From Macrostomum lignano (taxonomy: Eukaryota): 64,000 bases of DNA. How positions within the stretch are numbered: position 1 is the first letter of the stretch; each line of letters starts with the position of its first letter. A program made the position numbers and the translations under genes. Shown in pieces: positions 24,701 through 35,236 of the stretch. The stretch covers positions 264,401 to 328,400 of the forward strand of contig NIVC01000955.1 in assembly GCA_002269645.1 (NCBI GenBank). The letters are read 5' to 3'. Under the pieces are notes generated by a model. The model did no database searches. It was given only the letters and a program-made list of their open reading frames with translations, and was not told the DNA's origin.

Positions 24701-27464
24701 GACCAGCTTGCAGAGGACCAGACCGTCCGACAGCTTGTCGAATAGGTCGGCTTCGCCCAGAGGCAGGAGGTGGCGAAGGTCGGCGTCGCCTTCAAGCATC
24801 CTGTTGATCCAGCCTGCGAACGCTCGGCACTCCGACTCGCCAACGGTGTGAACTGTCCACTCGTTTCCGGTGCCCGAGATCTTCTGAACAGGTTGGGATG
24901 GATGCGGTGGGTTGCTAGTCTGTCGGTGGATTGCTAGACTGTGCGGTGGATTGCTAGTCTGTGCGCTGGATTGCTAGCCTGTGCGGTGGATTGCTAGACT
25001 GTGCGGTGGATTGCTAGTCTGTGCGGTGGATTGCTAGACTGTGCGGTGGATTGCTAGTCTGTGCGCTGGATTGCTAGTCTGTGCGGTGGATTGCTAGACT
25101 GTGCGGTGGATTGCTAGTCTGTGCGGTGGATTGCTAGACTGTGCGGCGGATTGCTAGACTGTGCGGTGGATTGCTAGTCAGTGCGGAGGATTGCTAGACT
25201 GTGCGGTGGATTGCTAGACTGTGCGGTGGATTGCTAGTCTGTGCGCTGGATTGCTAGCCTGTGCGGTGGATTGCTAGACTGTGCGGTGGATTGCTAGACT
25301 GTGCGGTGGATTGCTAGACTGTGCGGTGGATTGCTAGTCTGTGCGGTGGATTGCTAGTCTGTGCGGTGGATTGCTAGACTGTGCGGTGGATTGCTAGTCT
25401 GTGCGGTGGATTGCTAGACTGTGCGGTGGATTGCTAGACTGTGCGGTGGATTGCTAGACTGTGCGGCGGATTGCTAGACTGTGCGGTGGATTGCTAGTCA
25501 GTGCGGAGGATTGCTAGACTGTGCGGTGGATTGCTAGACTGTGCGGTGGATTGCTAGACTGTGCGGTGGATTGCTAGTCTGTGCGGTGGATTGCTAGACT
25601 GTGCGGTGGATTGCTAGTCAGTGCGGAGGATTGCTAGACTGTGCGGTGGATTGCTAGTCAGTGCGGATGATTGCTAGACTGTGCGGTGGATTGCTAGTCA
25701 GTGCGGTGGATTGCTAGACTGTGCGGTGGATTGCTAGACTGTGCGGTGGATTGCTAGACTGTGCGGTGGATTGCTAGTCTGTGCGGTGGATTGCTAGTCT
25801 GTGCGGTGGATTGCTAGACTGTGCGGTGGATTGCTAGCCCCGACTCGTATGTGTTTTCGGTGAAATAGATATTAAGATTTTTTTGAATGCCTTTTTTTTG
25901 CAACAGCGGCGATTCGAACATTAACGCGCACTTACGCACTGAGCATTGCTAGCAAACAGCTGCGTACACACTGACTGCTTTGATAATTTACCAAAACTTT
26001 CTCACGTTCTCTTCTTTAGCAACAGGTCTAATTGAAGCGCAAGTAACGTGATACATGTAGTGCTGGTTTCAATCTTCAATCTTAAGTTCATCAAATTCCT
26101 TCGATTCTGACACCGCGCTCTCTTAAAACACCCAATGAGAAATCAAAGAATACATCATGTTCGCTCAGTGCTACACGTACTTCTCACTAGTCTGCACTTT
26201 TTTAATTGACGATCAGAGAACTGTGGCATAAGAACGGATGTCGGAACTGACTTAGCTCCTTTGAATTGGCCCATTGACTCATAACTGGAATGACCCACTG
26301 ACTTATCACTGGAGTCACTCATTGACTCATCTCTGGAGTGACCCATCAATGGAGTCACTCATCTCTTGAGTGACTCATCTCTGGAGTGACCCGTCTCTGG
26401 AGTGACTCATCTCTGATGTGACTCATCTCTGGAGTGAACCCATCTCTGGAGTGACTCATCTCTGGAGTGGCTCATTTCTGGAGTGACTCATCTCTGGAGT
26501 GACTCATCTCTGGAGTGGCTCATTTCTGGAGTGAATCATCACTGGATTGGCCCATCTCTGGAGTGACTCATTTCTGATCTGACTCATCTCTGGAGTGACC
26601 CACCTCTGGAGCTATCCGTCTCTGGGGTGACTCATCTCTGGAGTGACTCATCTCTGATGTGACTCATCTCTGGAGTGAACCCATTTCTGGAGTGACTCAT
26701 CTCTGAAGTGGCTCATTTCTGGAGTGACTCATCTCTGGAGTGACTCATCTCTGGAGTGACCCACCGACTCATCACTGGATTGACCCACCTCTGGAGCGAC
26801 CCGTCTCTGGAGTGACTTATCCCTGGAGTGACTCATTTCTGGAGTGACTCATCTCTGGAGTTACTCATCTCTAGAGTGACCCACCGACTCATCACTGGAG
26901 TAAGTCCTCTAGATTGACCCATTGACTCACTATTGGAGCGAAGCATTGAGTAAACATTGAAGCAACTGATTACTGAATTGACCCACCGACTCATCTCTGG
27001 AGTGACTCCAGATTGGATTGATTACTCAAACCAGAATGATCATTAGTTAGACAAGCTCGAATCGAATCTGAAAATCAACCCCCCTATGTTGACCTCAGAT
27101 GACCTATCTGCACTAAACTGACCTCAACCCGCTGCTTGGTCTCCCGTCTCTGCAGGCCCAGCCTGGAGTCCCTCAGCAGAAGCTGGTCGCTCCGGTGTCT
27201 CGGCCTGGCCCGACGATACAGCTTCAACAGGGAGTCCCGGTCGAAGGCCTCGGCGCCACTATCACCGACATCAGCCAGCAGGTCGCGCAGTTGAAATCCA
27301 GTGACTTTGACGCCCATGGCTTCTAAAGCGTCGCGCAGCTGATCCCTTGACAAGCGGCCATCGGCGGTGCACATTGCCGGGAAGCGACGCAACAAATCGC
27401 CGACAGCGTCGTCAACTTCGGCGGCGTCCATCAAATCGACGACAGCTGATTCGTCGTTGAGCAT
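21021..27464 (-). CDS. PLS: Plastin/fimbrin (EF-hand headpiece plus two tandem-CH actin-binding domains), 6 exons, ~667 aa
   Basis: Phase-consistent exons: 27464-27123 (EF-hand-like), 24883-24434 (ECRAFAGWINRML...DGLVLCKLVNCAVPNTVHERAIN...HIVLGLLWQIIRIGL), 23889-23696 (LSPEDLLLRWVNHQL), 23306-23102 (KLNLAFVANLFNHYP), 22322-21774 (EERTYRNWMNSLGVNPYV...KLTLALAFQLLRAYTL), 21284-21021 (ARYILSAARMLGARIFTLPEHVVQVNKNMMMTLFACLM). Confidence 0.95.
21300..21752. repeat. (TCAA)n microsatellite making up almost all of plastin intron 5
   Basis: The intron spans 21285-21773. Confidence 0.97.
22470..22830. repeat. ~27-bp minisatellite (CTCACGCCTTGCCC.C.AAACACCCAC) in plastin intron 4
   Basis: Alternating unit variants. 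Confidence 0.9.
22888..23055 (-). mobile_element. SINE family 1, 3'-truncated copy
   Basis: Colinear with 2281-2472 (CTAATCGTCAGGCATGTACACTC...GGAATCAAACC...GTGGCGCGAGAGTC on the plus strand). Confidence 0.75.
23330..23635. repeat. ~20-bp minisatellite (GGGAGATTAGACTAATGA..) in plastin intron 3
   Basis: Direct tandem copies. Confidence 0.85.
24035..24410. repeat. 20-bp minisatellite (GGATTGCTAGTCTGTG.TGT) in plastin intron 2
   Basis: Direct tandem copies. Confidence 0.93.
24900..25838. repeat. 20-bp minisatellite (GGATTGCTAG[T/A]CTGTGCGGT) in plastin intron 1
   Basis: About 47 copies; same family as 24035-24410. Confidence 0.95.
26325..27010. repeat. 16-bp minisatellite (CTCTGGAGTGACTCAT) containing TGACTCA
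   Basis: Direct tandem copies in plastin intron 1. Confidence 0.92.
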
Positions 27465-27817
27465 CGTTGAAGAGTTCAAAAACGTCTTGACTCAGAGACG
27501 TCTACAGGTAAGATGCAGTTAATTTATATCCAGCCAAATAACACTGGAGGCGGGTTTTATAGATGGCTCGCGGAATGTACATTAGCTCTAGCGTCTCTCT
27601 CTCTCCACATTCTCCGGCAACCGTCGATCTGTGATAGCCAGACGGACAAAGGATAGGATTAGAAAAAAGGCGTGGTGTGGACACATCCGCCCTCTCCCTA
27701 CCCCCCCCCCCACCTAAAGCGTATTGAGCGTAGCCAAGGAGACCAAGAAGCGGAACTCGGATTTGCAGTTCGTTTCCAAAACCCCACCCGATTTTTACGA
27801 CTGTAAGGCTGACCGCA

Positions 27818-28132
27818 GGGGGTCCGTAGCCTCAGTGGTCCAGCGCGGCGCTCTGGTGTGCCAGCGGCCCAGGCTCGATTCCAAAGTACAGTCAACATTA
27901 GTTTGGGGCTGAATTGGAATCTGGGCTTGGATCTGCTCGTGTAATTACGAACGCCCGTGATGGCCAACCCCCAAGGCGCAGTGAAGTGTACATGCCTAAC
28001 GATAAATAAAGTTAGGGCCCCTGTACTCTCCTGTGTGAGTGTGTGCCTGTGCGTATGACTGCGTACGTATCCGCGCGCTTGTGTGCCTGCTCAGGGGAGT
28101 CGGCGGAATGGGCAGTAATGCCTCTCGCCGGT
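27818..28132 (+). mobile_element. SINE family 1 with intact-looking tRNA-Glu-like head, 3'-truncated
   Basis: A box TAGCCTCAGTGG at 27827-27838 and B box GGCTCGATTCC at 27872-27882; CGGCGCTCT...GCGGCCC resembles tRNA-Glu(CTC); body nearly identical to 54163-54435. Confidence 0.85.
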
Positions 28133-28759
28133 TTTAGTAAATTTATCATAACTTTGAGTTGGCTTGAACCGATTATAACAAACCAAATCTTTTTTTGAAG
28201 GAAGCTCCATAAATTAGCGGAATTTTCCAGTCCAAGCTCTAGCTCTCAGGGCCTCCTTGGCCTACCTAAAAGCTGTGTTACACTGATGACGATGGTCAAA
28301 ACTCAAGACTTAACTGTATCTAACGGAGAGTTAGGGCGGTGGCTACTCAAGCCGGCCGTACGCACAGGATTTTAGTCTAGTTAAGCAGTTGGTCAGTCAG
28401 TTGGTCGTCGGATCTGTTTAAATAATTAATTTAGAATTGAGAATAGTTAATGCAATGCAAGCTTTTTACTTTTATAGGCAACTTGAGCTCAACTTCTACT
28501 GTTATAATCGCACATTCTGTAGTTTATTTTTAGCAACAGAAGAAAATAATAATTAAAAAAACAAATTACGGACAAATTAACTTATTTTAACCGCTGCAGG
28601 CTCCTGGTTTAGCACCTGCTATTTAAATTTACATTATTCTGTCTTTTTAACACTAATATATTTGGATAAGCATGCCTTAATATAAAGGAAAATGCCACGC
28701 ATTAGCATGAATGCATATAAGGACACAGTATTTGAGAAAACATAAAAAACACTCGAGAA

Positions 28760-29785
28760 AGCAAACACAAGACACAGTAAAAGAGACACAAGACACAGAA
28801 GACGGAGACAAGATACAGAAGGTGGACGAAAGACACAGTGAAAAAGCGGACACAAGACACAGTGAGAAGACGGACACAAGACACAGTGAGAAAGCGGACA
28901 CAAGACACAGTGAGAAGACGGACACAAGACACAGTGAGAAGACGGACACAAGACACAGTGAGAAGATGGACACAAGACACAGTGAGAAGACGGACACAAG
29001 ACACAGTGAGAAGACGAACACAAGACACAGTGAGAAGATGGACACAAGACACAGTGAGAAGACGGAAACAAGACACAGTGAGAAGGCGGACACAAGACAC
29101 AGTTAGAAGACGGACACAAGACACAGTGAGAAAGCGGACACAAGACACAGTGAGAAGACGAACACAAGACACAGTGAGAAGACGGACACAAGACACAGTG
29201 AGAAGACGGACACAAGACACAGTGAGAAGACGGACACAAAACACAGTGAGAAGACGGACACAAGACACAGTGAGAAGGCGGACACAAGACACAGTGAGAA
29301 GACGGACACAAGACACAGTGAGAAGATGGACACAAGACACAGTGAGAAGACGGACACAAGACACAGTGAGAAGACGAACACAAGACACAGTGAGAAGACG
29401 GACACAAGACACAGTGAGAAGACGGAAACAAGACACAGTGAGAAGGCGGACACAAGACACAGTGAGAAGACGGACACAAGACACAGTGAGAAAGCGGACA
29501 CAAGACACAGTGAGAAGACGAACACAAGACACAGTGAGAAGACGGACACAAGACACAGTGAGAAGACGGACACAAGACACAGTGAGAAGACGGACACAAA
29601 CACAGTGAGAAGACGGAAACAAGACACAGTGAGAAGGCGGACACAAGACACAGTGAGAAGACGGACACAAGACACAGTGAGAAGACGGACACAAAACACA
29701 GTGAGAAGACGGAAACAAGACACAGTGAGAAGGCGGACACAAGACACAGTGAGAAGACGGACACAAAACACAGAAGGCGGACACA
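28760..29785. repeat. 24-bp minisatellite (AGACACAGTGAGAAGACGGACACA)
   Basis: About 42 copies; generates the spurious long ORFs in all frames. Confidence 0.96.
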
Positions 29786-29801
29786 ATACAAACTTTGTCT
29801 A

Positions 29802-30383
29802 TCATTGCGACCTTCGCAGCCGCAGCTGGGCCAACAGGCCAGTCCTGTACTCTTCCCAAGCCTTATCCAGATCTTTAGTCAGCAACGGATGCAGAATCTC
29901 CCGGACTCTGACAGCTTCGGTCGTCTCCCCAGCCGTCGCCGTTGCCGCCTCTTCGGCCTCCTCGGCCTCGGCCATCGCGGCTGCTGCGGCCGCCATCCCG
30001 GCCTCCTCGCCTCGGCCAAAAATGGCGCTATCGTGTCCCCGCTCGTTCATCATCTTGGCGTAGCCGCCGCTGCTGGCGCCGCCGCCGCCGCTGCTGGTGC
30101 CGCCGCCGCCTCGGGAACGGGACGAGACGAACGCGGCCGGACGGAACCCGTCGTCGGCTTCGATTTCGGCCACTCGACGCTCCCGATCTTGTTCGTTGCC
30201 GATGCGAGACAGATGAATGTCGGAGCTTCTGCTGCCGCCGTTCCTGTCTTTAGCGTCGCTGCCATCTGAGGACGAATGCGACGGTGATCGATCGCGTCGA
30301 TGCCGCTTCGAGCTGTCTCGATGCTCGCGATGGTGGCGGTGGTGATGCCGGGACTTGCCGTGACGCGATGAGTTGCCTGGCAT
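29802..30383 (-). CDS. RSRC1/SRrp53-like Arg/Ser/His-rich nuclear protein, 193 aa, single exon
   Basis: ATG-initiated, GC-rich ORF. RS/H-rich N-terminus, then RERRVAEIEADDGFRPAAFVSSR and a C-terminal ILHPLLTKDLDKAWEEY..LLAQLR, recalled as similar to the RSRC1 motifs IEAIESDSFVQQTFRSS and LAHPNLF..AEEKW..L..LR. The homology is from memory and was not searched. Confidence 0.65.
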   Translation of the reverse strand: MPGNSSRHGKSRHHHRHHREHRDSSKRHRRDRSPSHSSSDGSDAKDRNGGSRSSDIHLSRIGNEQDRERRVAEIEADDGFRPAAFVSSRSRGGGGTSSGGGGASSGGYAKMMNERGHDSAIFGRGEEAGMAAAAAAMAEAEEAEEAATATAGETTEAVRVREILHPLLTKDLDKAWEEYRTGLLAQLRLRRSQ

Positions 30384-30554
30384 AGCGCTGCGTTTTCTTG
30401 CGGGGGATGGAGAGGCTGTTTGAGAAGCTGCGCCGGCGTTGGGAGGCTGAAAATCTGAGGATTAAAGATGCGGGATTCGGGTTTTGCTGAGGAATCTGAT
30501 TGGGGATTAGGAGTGGGAATGAAGATGGGATTTGGAAGAGGAACGAGGATAGGA

Positions 30555-30840
30555 TTGAGGAGGGAGTAAAGATGGGATGGGGATGGGATTAGAGATGAGA
30601 ATAAAAGATGCGATTAGGGTGGGAATTGGGATGGGATTAGGGATGAGAATGGGGATGGGATTAGGGTGAGAATGGGGATGGGATTAGGGATGAGAATGGG
30701 GATGGGATTAGGGTGAGAATGGGGATGGGATTAGGGATGAGAATGGGGATGGGATTAGGGTGAGAATGGGGATGGGATTAGGTTAGAAATGGGGATGGGA
30801 TTAGGTTAGAAATGGGGATGGGATTAGGTTAGAAATGGGG
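30555..30840. repeat. 24-bp G-rich minisatellite (GGGATTAGGGTGAGAATGGGGAT.)
   Basis: Direct tandem copies upstream of the RSRC1-like ORF. Confidence 0.9.
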
Positions 30841-31469
30841 CTGGCGAGACGTCGGGCGCCAGACGGCGCTGGATGACGCGAACTGTCCTGCAAAATGCAT
30901 TGGTGCAGGCATACTTGCTTAGTGCATGTGTACTTTCTTAGTGCAAGTTTACTTTCTTAGTGCAAGTGTACTTACTTAGAACAGACATACTTTTAGTGCA
31001 GATGTACTTTCTTAGTGTAGGCATACTTTCTTTGTGTGTACTAATAAGTGCATAAACAAGTCACATAAAACATGTAAATTCAATAATCTGGGGCACTTTT
31101 AAAAAATAGGAAACCAGGTCTAGGTTTAAATAAACTATGTAGCATAGCTATAAAAGTTATTATTTCTATAATGAAATCTATGTGCATAAAAATATATACT
31201 TGTTATCTACTTATAAAGAAAATATTAGGATGACACCCCAAAAAGTTACAGCAAGAGTTATAAAATGTGCATTTGAGTTTTTACACTATAGCATTTATAG
31301 CCTATACATTATAGTCTTTGAATGACCTTTAGTATAATACTTTTATATAAATTTTATTAGCTCTAAGCCAAATCTTTGGTTTTATTAATATATTTTCCAC
31401 TTGATTATGCACACCACTTTTAAAGTAGCCTTGCATACTTTATAGAAAATTTCTTAGAAATTTTTTTTA

Positions 31470-31584
31470 TTTCTAAGTTATATAATTTTTAACAAATATT
31501 AAAGTTTAATACATTGCTTATCAATAGTGAATATTAATCTATCTCACACATACACACAGACAACTCATTTTTAGTATATTAGGA
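31470..31584 (-). mobile_element. Decayed 5' end of a non-autonomous Helitron
   Basis: AAAGTTT...CTATCTCACACATACACACAGACAACTCATTTTTAGTATATTAGGA matches the Helitron ends at 48760-48839 and 52585-52668. Confidence 0.55.
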
Positions 31585-32748
31585 TTATTTATTCTAATAT
31601 GTTTCGGCCACAATAGGCTTAAGTAAAAATTAGGCTTAATGGCTAAAGGGATTTAATTATAATATTTTGAAATATATTTTAATTTGAATTGGGAGATTAT
31701 TATTCACAATTGCATATAAGCTAAGGGTTAGATGATGATGTTTAGTGGAATGGGTGACTCCTATCTCTCTGCTGCATCTTTGGACTGCCCTGTACTGCAG
31801 CTAAGTCAGGGGTTAGATGATATCATATTTTTTAGATTTTTGAAACTCAAGATCTATACTTTTAATATAATTGAGATTTTTTTTGAGATTTAAGATTAAG
31901 CCTAAATAGCATCTAATAGGCCTATTTATACTATGATATCTATCAACATTAATATTGTTCTTTGTTAAATATATACAATGATGATAATAGGAAAAAAACA
32001 ATTATTATATAATATTGAGGTTGTTAATAACTTGATATATATCAAATATAAATAAGTAATATTGTTAGTTACCAAAAGTTAGATAGTCATAAATCTGGAC
32101 TTTTGAGATCTGGAAAGTGAGATAAGATTAAGAAAGTACAAAGATCTTAATAATTGAGATCAAGATCTTATTTAACCTTATTTATAGACTTAGGCTAGCC
32201 TATACTTATATAGCTATAAAGCAAACCTATTTTAATATTTCTTATTATCTTAGAGGAAATGTCAAGAGGGAAGGATTAAAGTAAAGTATATCTATAGGAA
32301 TAGAAGCTCTTTTATCAATTCCTTTAGTTTAGGGCCTAATCTTAATCTCTTTATGTTATTTGCCAAGTTTGACATTTATCAAGTTTAGATAAGCCTAGCT
32401 TTCGAATAGTAACTAGTATATATTATTATTGGCAGTTATATTATAGTTAGTTATAACTAAAATTATAGTTTAAACTTAAAAGACATATGAAAATGACAAT
32501 GGTCTTCTCTATAGGCCTAGTGCAATGACTAAGACCACCACACACCAGGACTGCCACAGCTATTGAGGCGGAGCTACCAATCTTCTAGAATTGCTATTCT
32601 TCTCATAGGTTCTTCTCTTGCAACCTTGTCCTACTGGCTATCCCTGGGTTTTTTTTTCGCCAGAGATAAGGTGCGAAATCGCACCTTGTGCCAAATTTCA
32701 AGGTGCGATTTTAAGGCTCAGAGTGCAATTTCTCTTGAGTCTTGTTTA

Positions 32749-35236
32749 GAATGTGAGGGTTTCACAAGAGATATTCAGACAGACATTCGAAACGATCGTC
32801 TTCAACTTCAAACAAAACCGACCCACTTCAACCATCTTTTTGGCAAATACTTACGCAAGTGTTGGGCGTCGAATAAGCTTTAATTTATTAACTGAAGTAA
32901 AAATCCTTCTGACATACATTGATTTAAAAATTGCTTAGCAACACTAGCTCTGATTAGAAATCGCTTTACTGTTGACTAAAATTGTTTTGATCGTAGCAGC
33001 CTAAAAGCAGATACTGGATTTAAAAATGCTTCAATTTACTCTATACGCATGTCTCAGCTTTAAAATGACACCTCAGGCGTCGCAAAAGACAGCTTTGATG
33101 CTGAGATATTTGACACTAAACATGCATTGCTTTGCGCAATCTCACATTCAGAAATTTCACTGATTTTTTGTCGATATTTGTGCAGCTGCCGTGTCCTTGT
33201 TTTTCATCAGAAACTTGTCAAATTCTAGTCATGTCCAGTTTAAACCTGGACTTCTCTTAAACTGTCTTAAGTATTTGATTTTTAATGATTCCTGCCTTTA
33301 TATTGCATAGATTGTACCTGAGTCAGTGAGTCTGTGAGTGTACATTTGTACATATGGCAACCAATCATGACTTTTTCACCGCTTTGCGGTTCAAATAAAT
33401 ATACGAGTGTACGAGAAACATGTTCCAACTGTTATTGAGAGAAATTGACGTCGCGTTTATTAGCAGTCAGTGGCAATTAATATGAAGCAAATAGTTTATT
33501 GTTATGTTTTTACTTTTTTTGCGTGGCAATTCTGCTATCCAAATCGGAATGAGGTAAGCGGTGGGAATAAAATAAAAAGGAAGAATTTTTTCTACTGTTG
33601 TTGCAACCCAATAGCTATATGTACTTCAAACTTTTTAGATTGAACAGGCGATTTCTAATGTACTGCTAAGCTTTCCAATCCCTACGGACTACAGTAGAAG
33701 TTCTTAACTTTTTTCTGTCTTGACTTCTAGACTCGGAATTCGGAACAACCTAAGGAGCCGCATGAAAATATTTAATTGGATAAAGATATTTTCTAAAAAC
33801 AGCTCAAATCGTGACACATCTTCTCACCTCAGTCCATCAACTGCTGCTCTTTCTGAGACCAAATCGATCGTGAAAGTAAAACAGATCAGTTTAGATCCCA
33901 TGGCCATGAATACAACCATTTCAATTGTGAACCTGCTTCGCTTACAAGTACGAGCACTAGCCTTCCATTTGATGCCATTAGCTCACTTAACTCTGAAATA
34001 GTTCAAGGACAGTTCCAAATGTTGAGATCTGACGTAGAAGCAGTCCAATTTGTGGAAATTTATCAACTGGACTCCATGAATCACTCCAATGAAAGGCGGC
34101 GAATAGCTGCAGAATGCGTAAACAAGTTTAAGTGAGTCACAAAAACCCCATTTACTGTAACTACATACACTTGTACGTTAGCAAGGCTCCATGCGATGGT
34201 TAATAAATGGAGAAGTAGACAAGCATCTGAACAAATATTGAATAAAAATCAGTGAAGTTTCCGAATGTGAGTTTGAGCAAAGCAATGTTTAGTGTCAAAT
34301 ATCTCAGCATCAAAGCTGTCTTTTGCAATGCCTGAGGTGTCATTTTAAAGCTGAGACATGCGTATAGACATGACTAGAATTTGACAAGATTCTGATGAAA
34401 AACAAGGACACGGCAACTGCACAAATATCGACAAAAAATCAGTGAAATTTCTGAATGTGAGATTGCGCAAAGCAATGCATGTTTAGTGTCGAATATCTCA
34501 GCATCAAAGCTGTCTTTTGCGACGCCTGAGGTGTCATTTTAAAGCTGAGACATGCGTATAGAGTAAATTGAAGCATTTTTAAATCCAGTATCTGCTTTTA
34601 GGCTGCTACGATCAAAACAATTTTAGTCAACAGTAAAGCGATTTCTAATCAGAGCTAGTGTTGCTAAGCAATTTTTAAATCAATGTATGTCAGAAGGATT
34701 TTTACTTCAGTTAATAAATTAAAGCTTATTCGACGCCCAACACTTGCGTAAGTATTTGCCAAAAAGATGGTTGAAGCGGGTCAATTTTGTTTGAAGTTAC
34801 AGACAATCATTTTGAATGTCTGTCTGAATGGGTCTCCCTAAAACACGCCCCGCACCGCCCTGCAGCGCTACACATTAAAACAAATTGGACTATAACTAAA
34901 GACACTTCAGAATGCGTTTTCTGTTAAGCTTCAAGTTTTCATTAAATTTAGTTTTTTTTACTTTGAAATATAAAATTCGGTGAACAATAAGTGATATTAA
35001 TAATAATATTAATAAAATAATAATATTATAATTTAATAATGAAAACGAGAATATAAAAAATTAGAAGATTTAAAAAAATAAATAAAGATATTTATTCCAT
35101 TACTATTTTAACTTTTCCAATCAAATCAAATACTGCATTGACAAAAAATGTTATAATGTGTAGCAGTTCGGGGCCTGGTGCGGGGCGTGTTTTAGGGAGC
35201 CTTTGTCTGAATATCTCTCGTGAAACCCTCACATTG
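32749..35236. repeat. Long near-perfect inverted repeat (~490-bp arms) inside the hAT element
   Basis: 32749-33236 is the reverse complement of 34368-34829 plus 35204-35236; a partial extra arm copy lies at 34250-34367. Confidence 0.9.
34830..35203. mobile_element. Mutator-type (9-bp TSD) MITE
   Basis: TIR CTCCCTAAAACACGCCCCGCACC / GGTGCGGGGCGTGTTTTAGGGAG; perfect TSD TGTCTGAAT at 34821-34829 and 35204-35212, confirmed by the uninterrupted opposite arm. Confidence 0.85.

Noticed and set aside
28634-30063. Long ORFs (up to 385 aa) in several frames
   Set aside because: They are translations of a 24-bp stop-free minisatellite. The same applies to the ORFs at 2220-3166, 3657-4319, 15613-16063, 18700-19307, 22475-22894 and 46925-49413.
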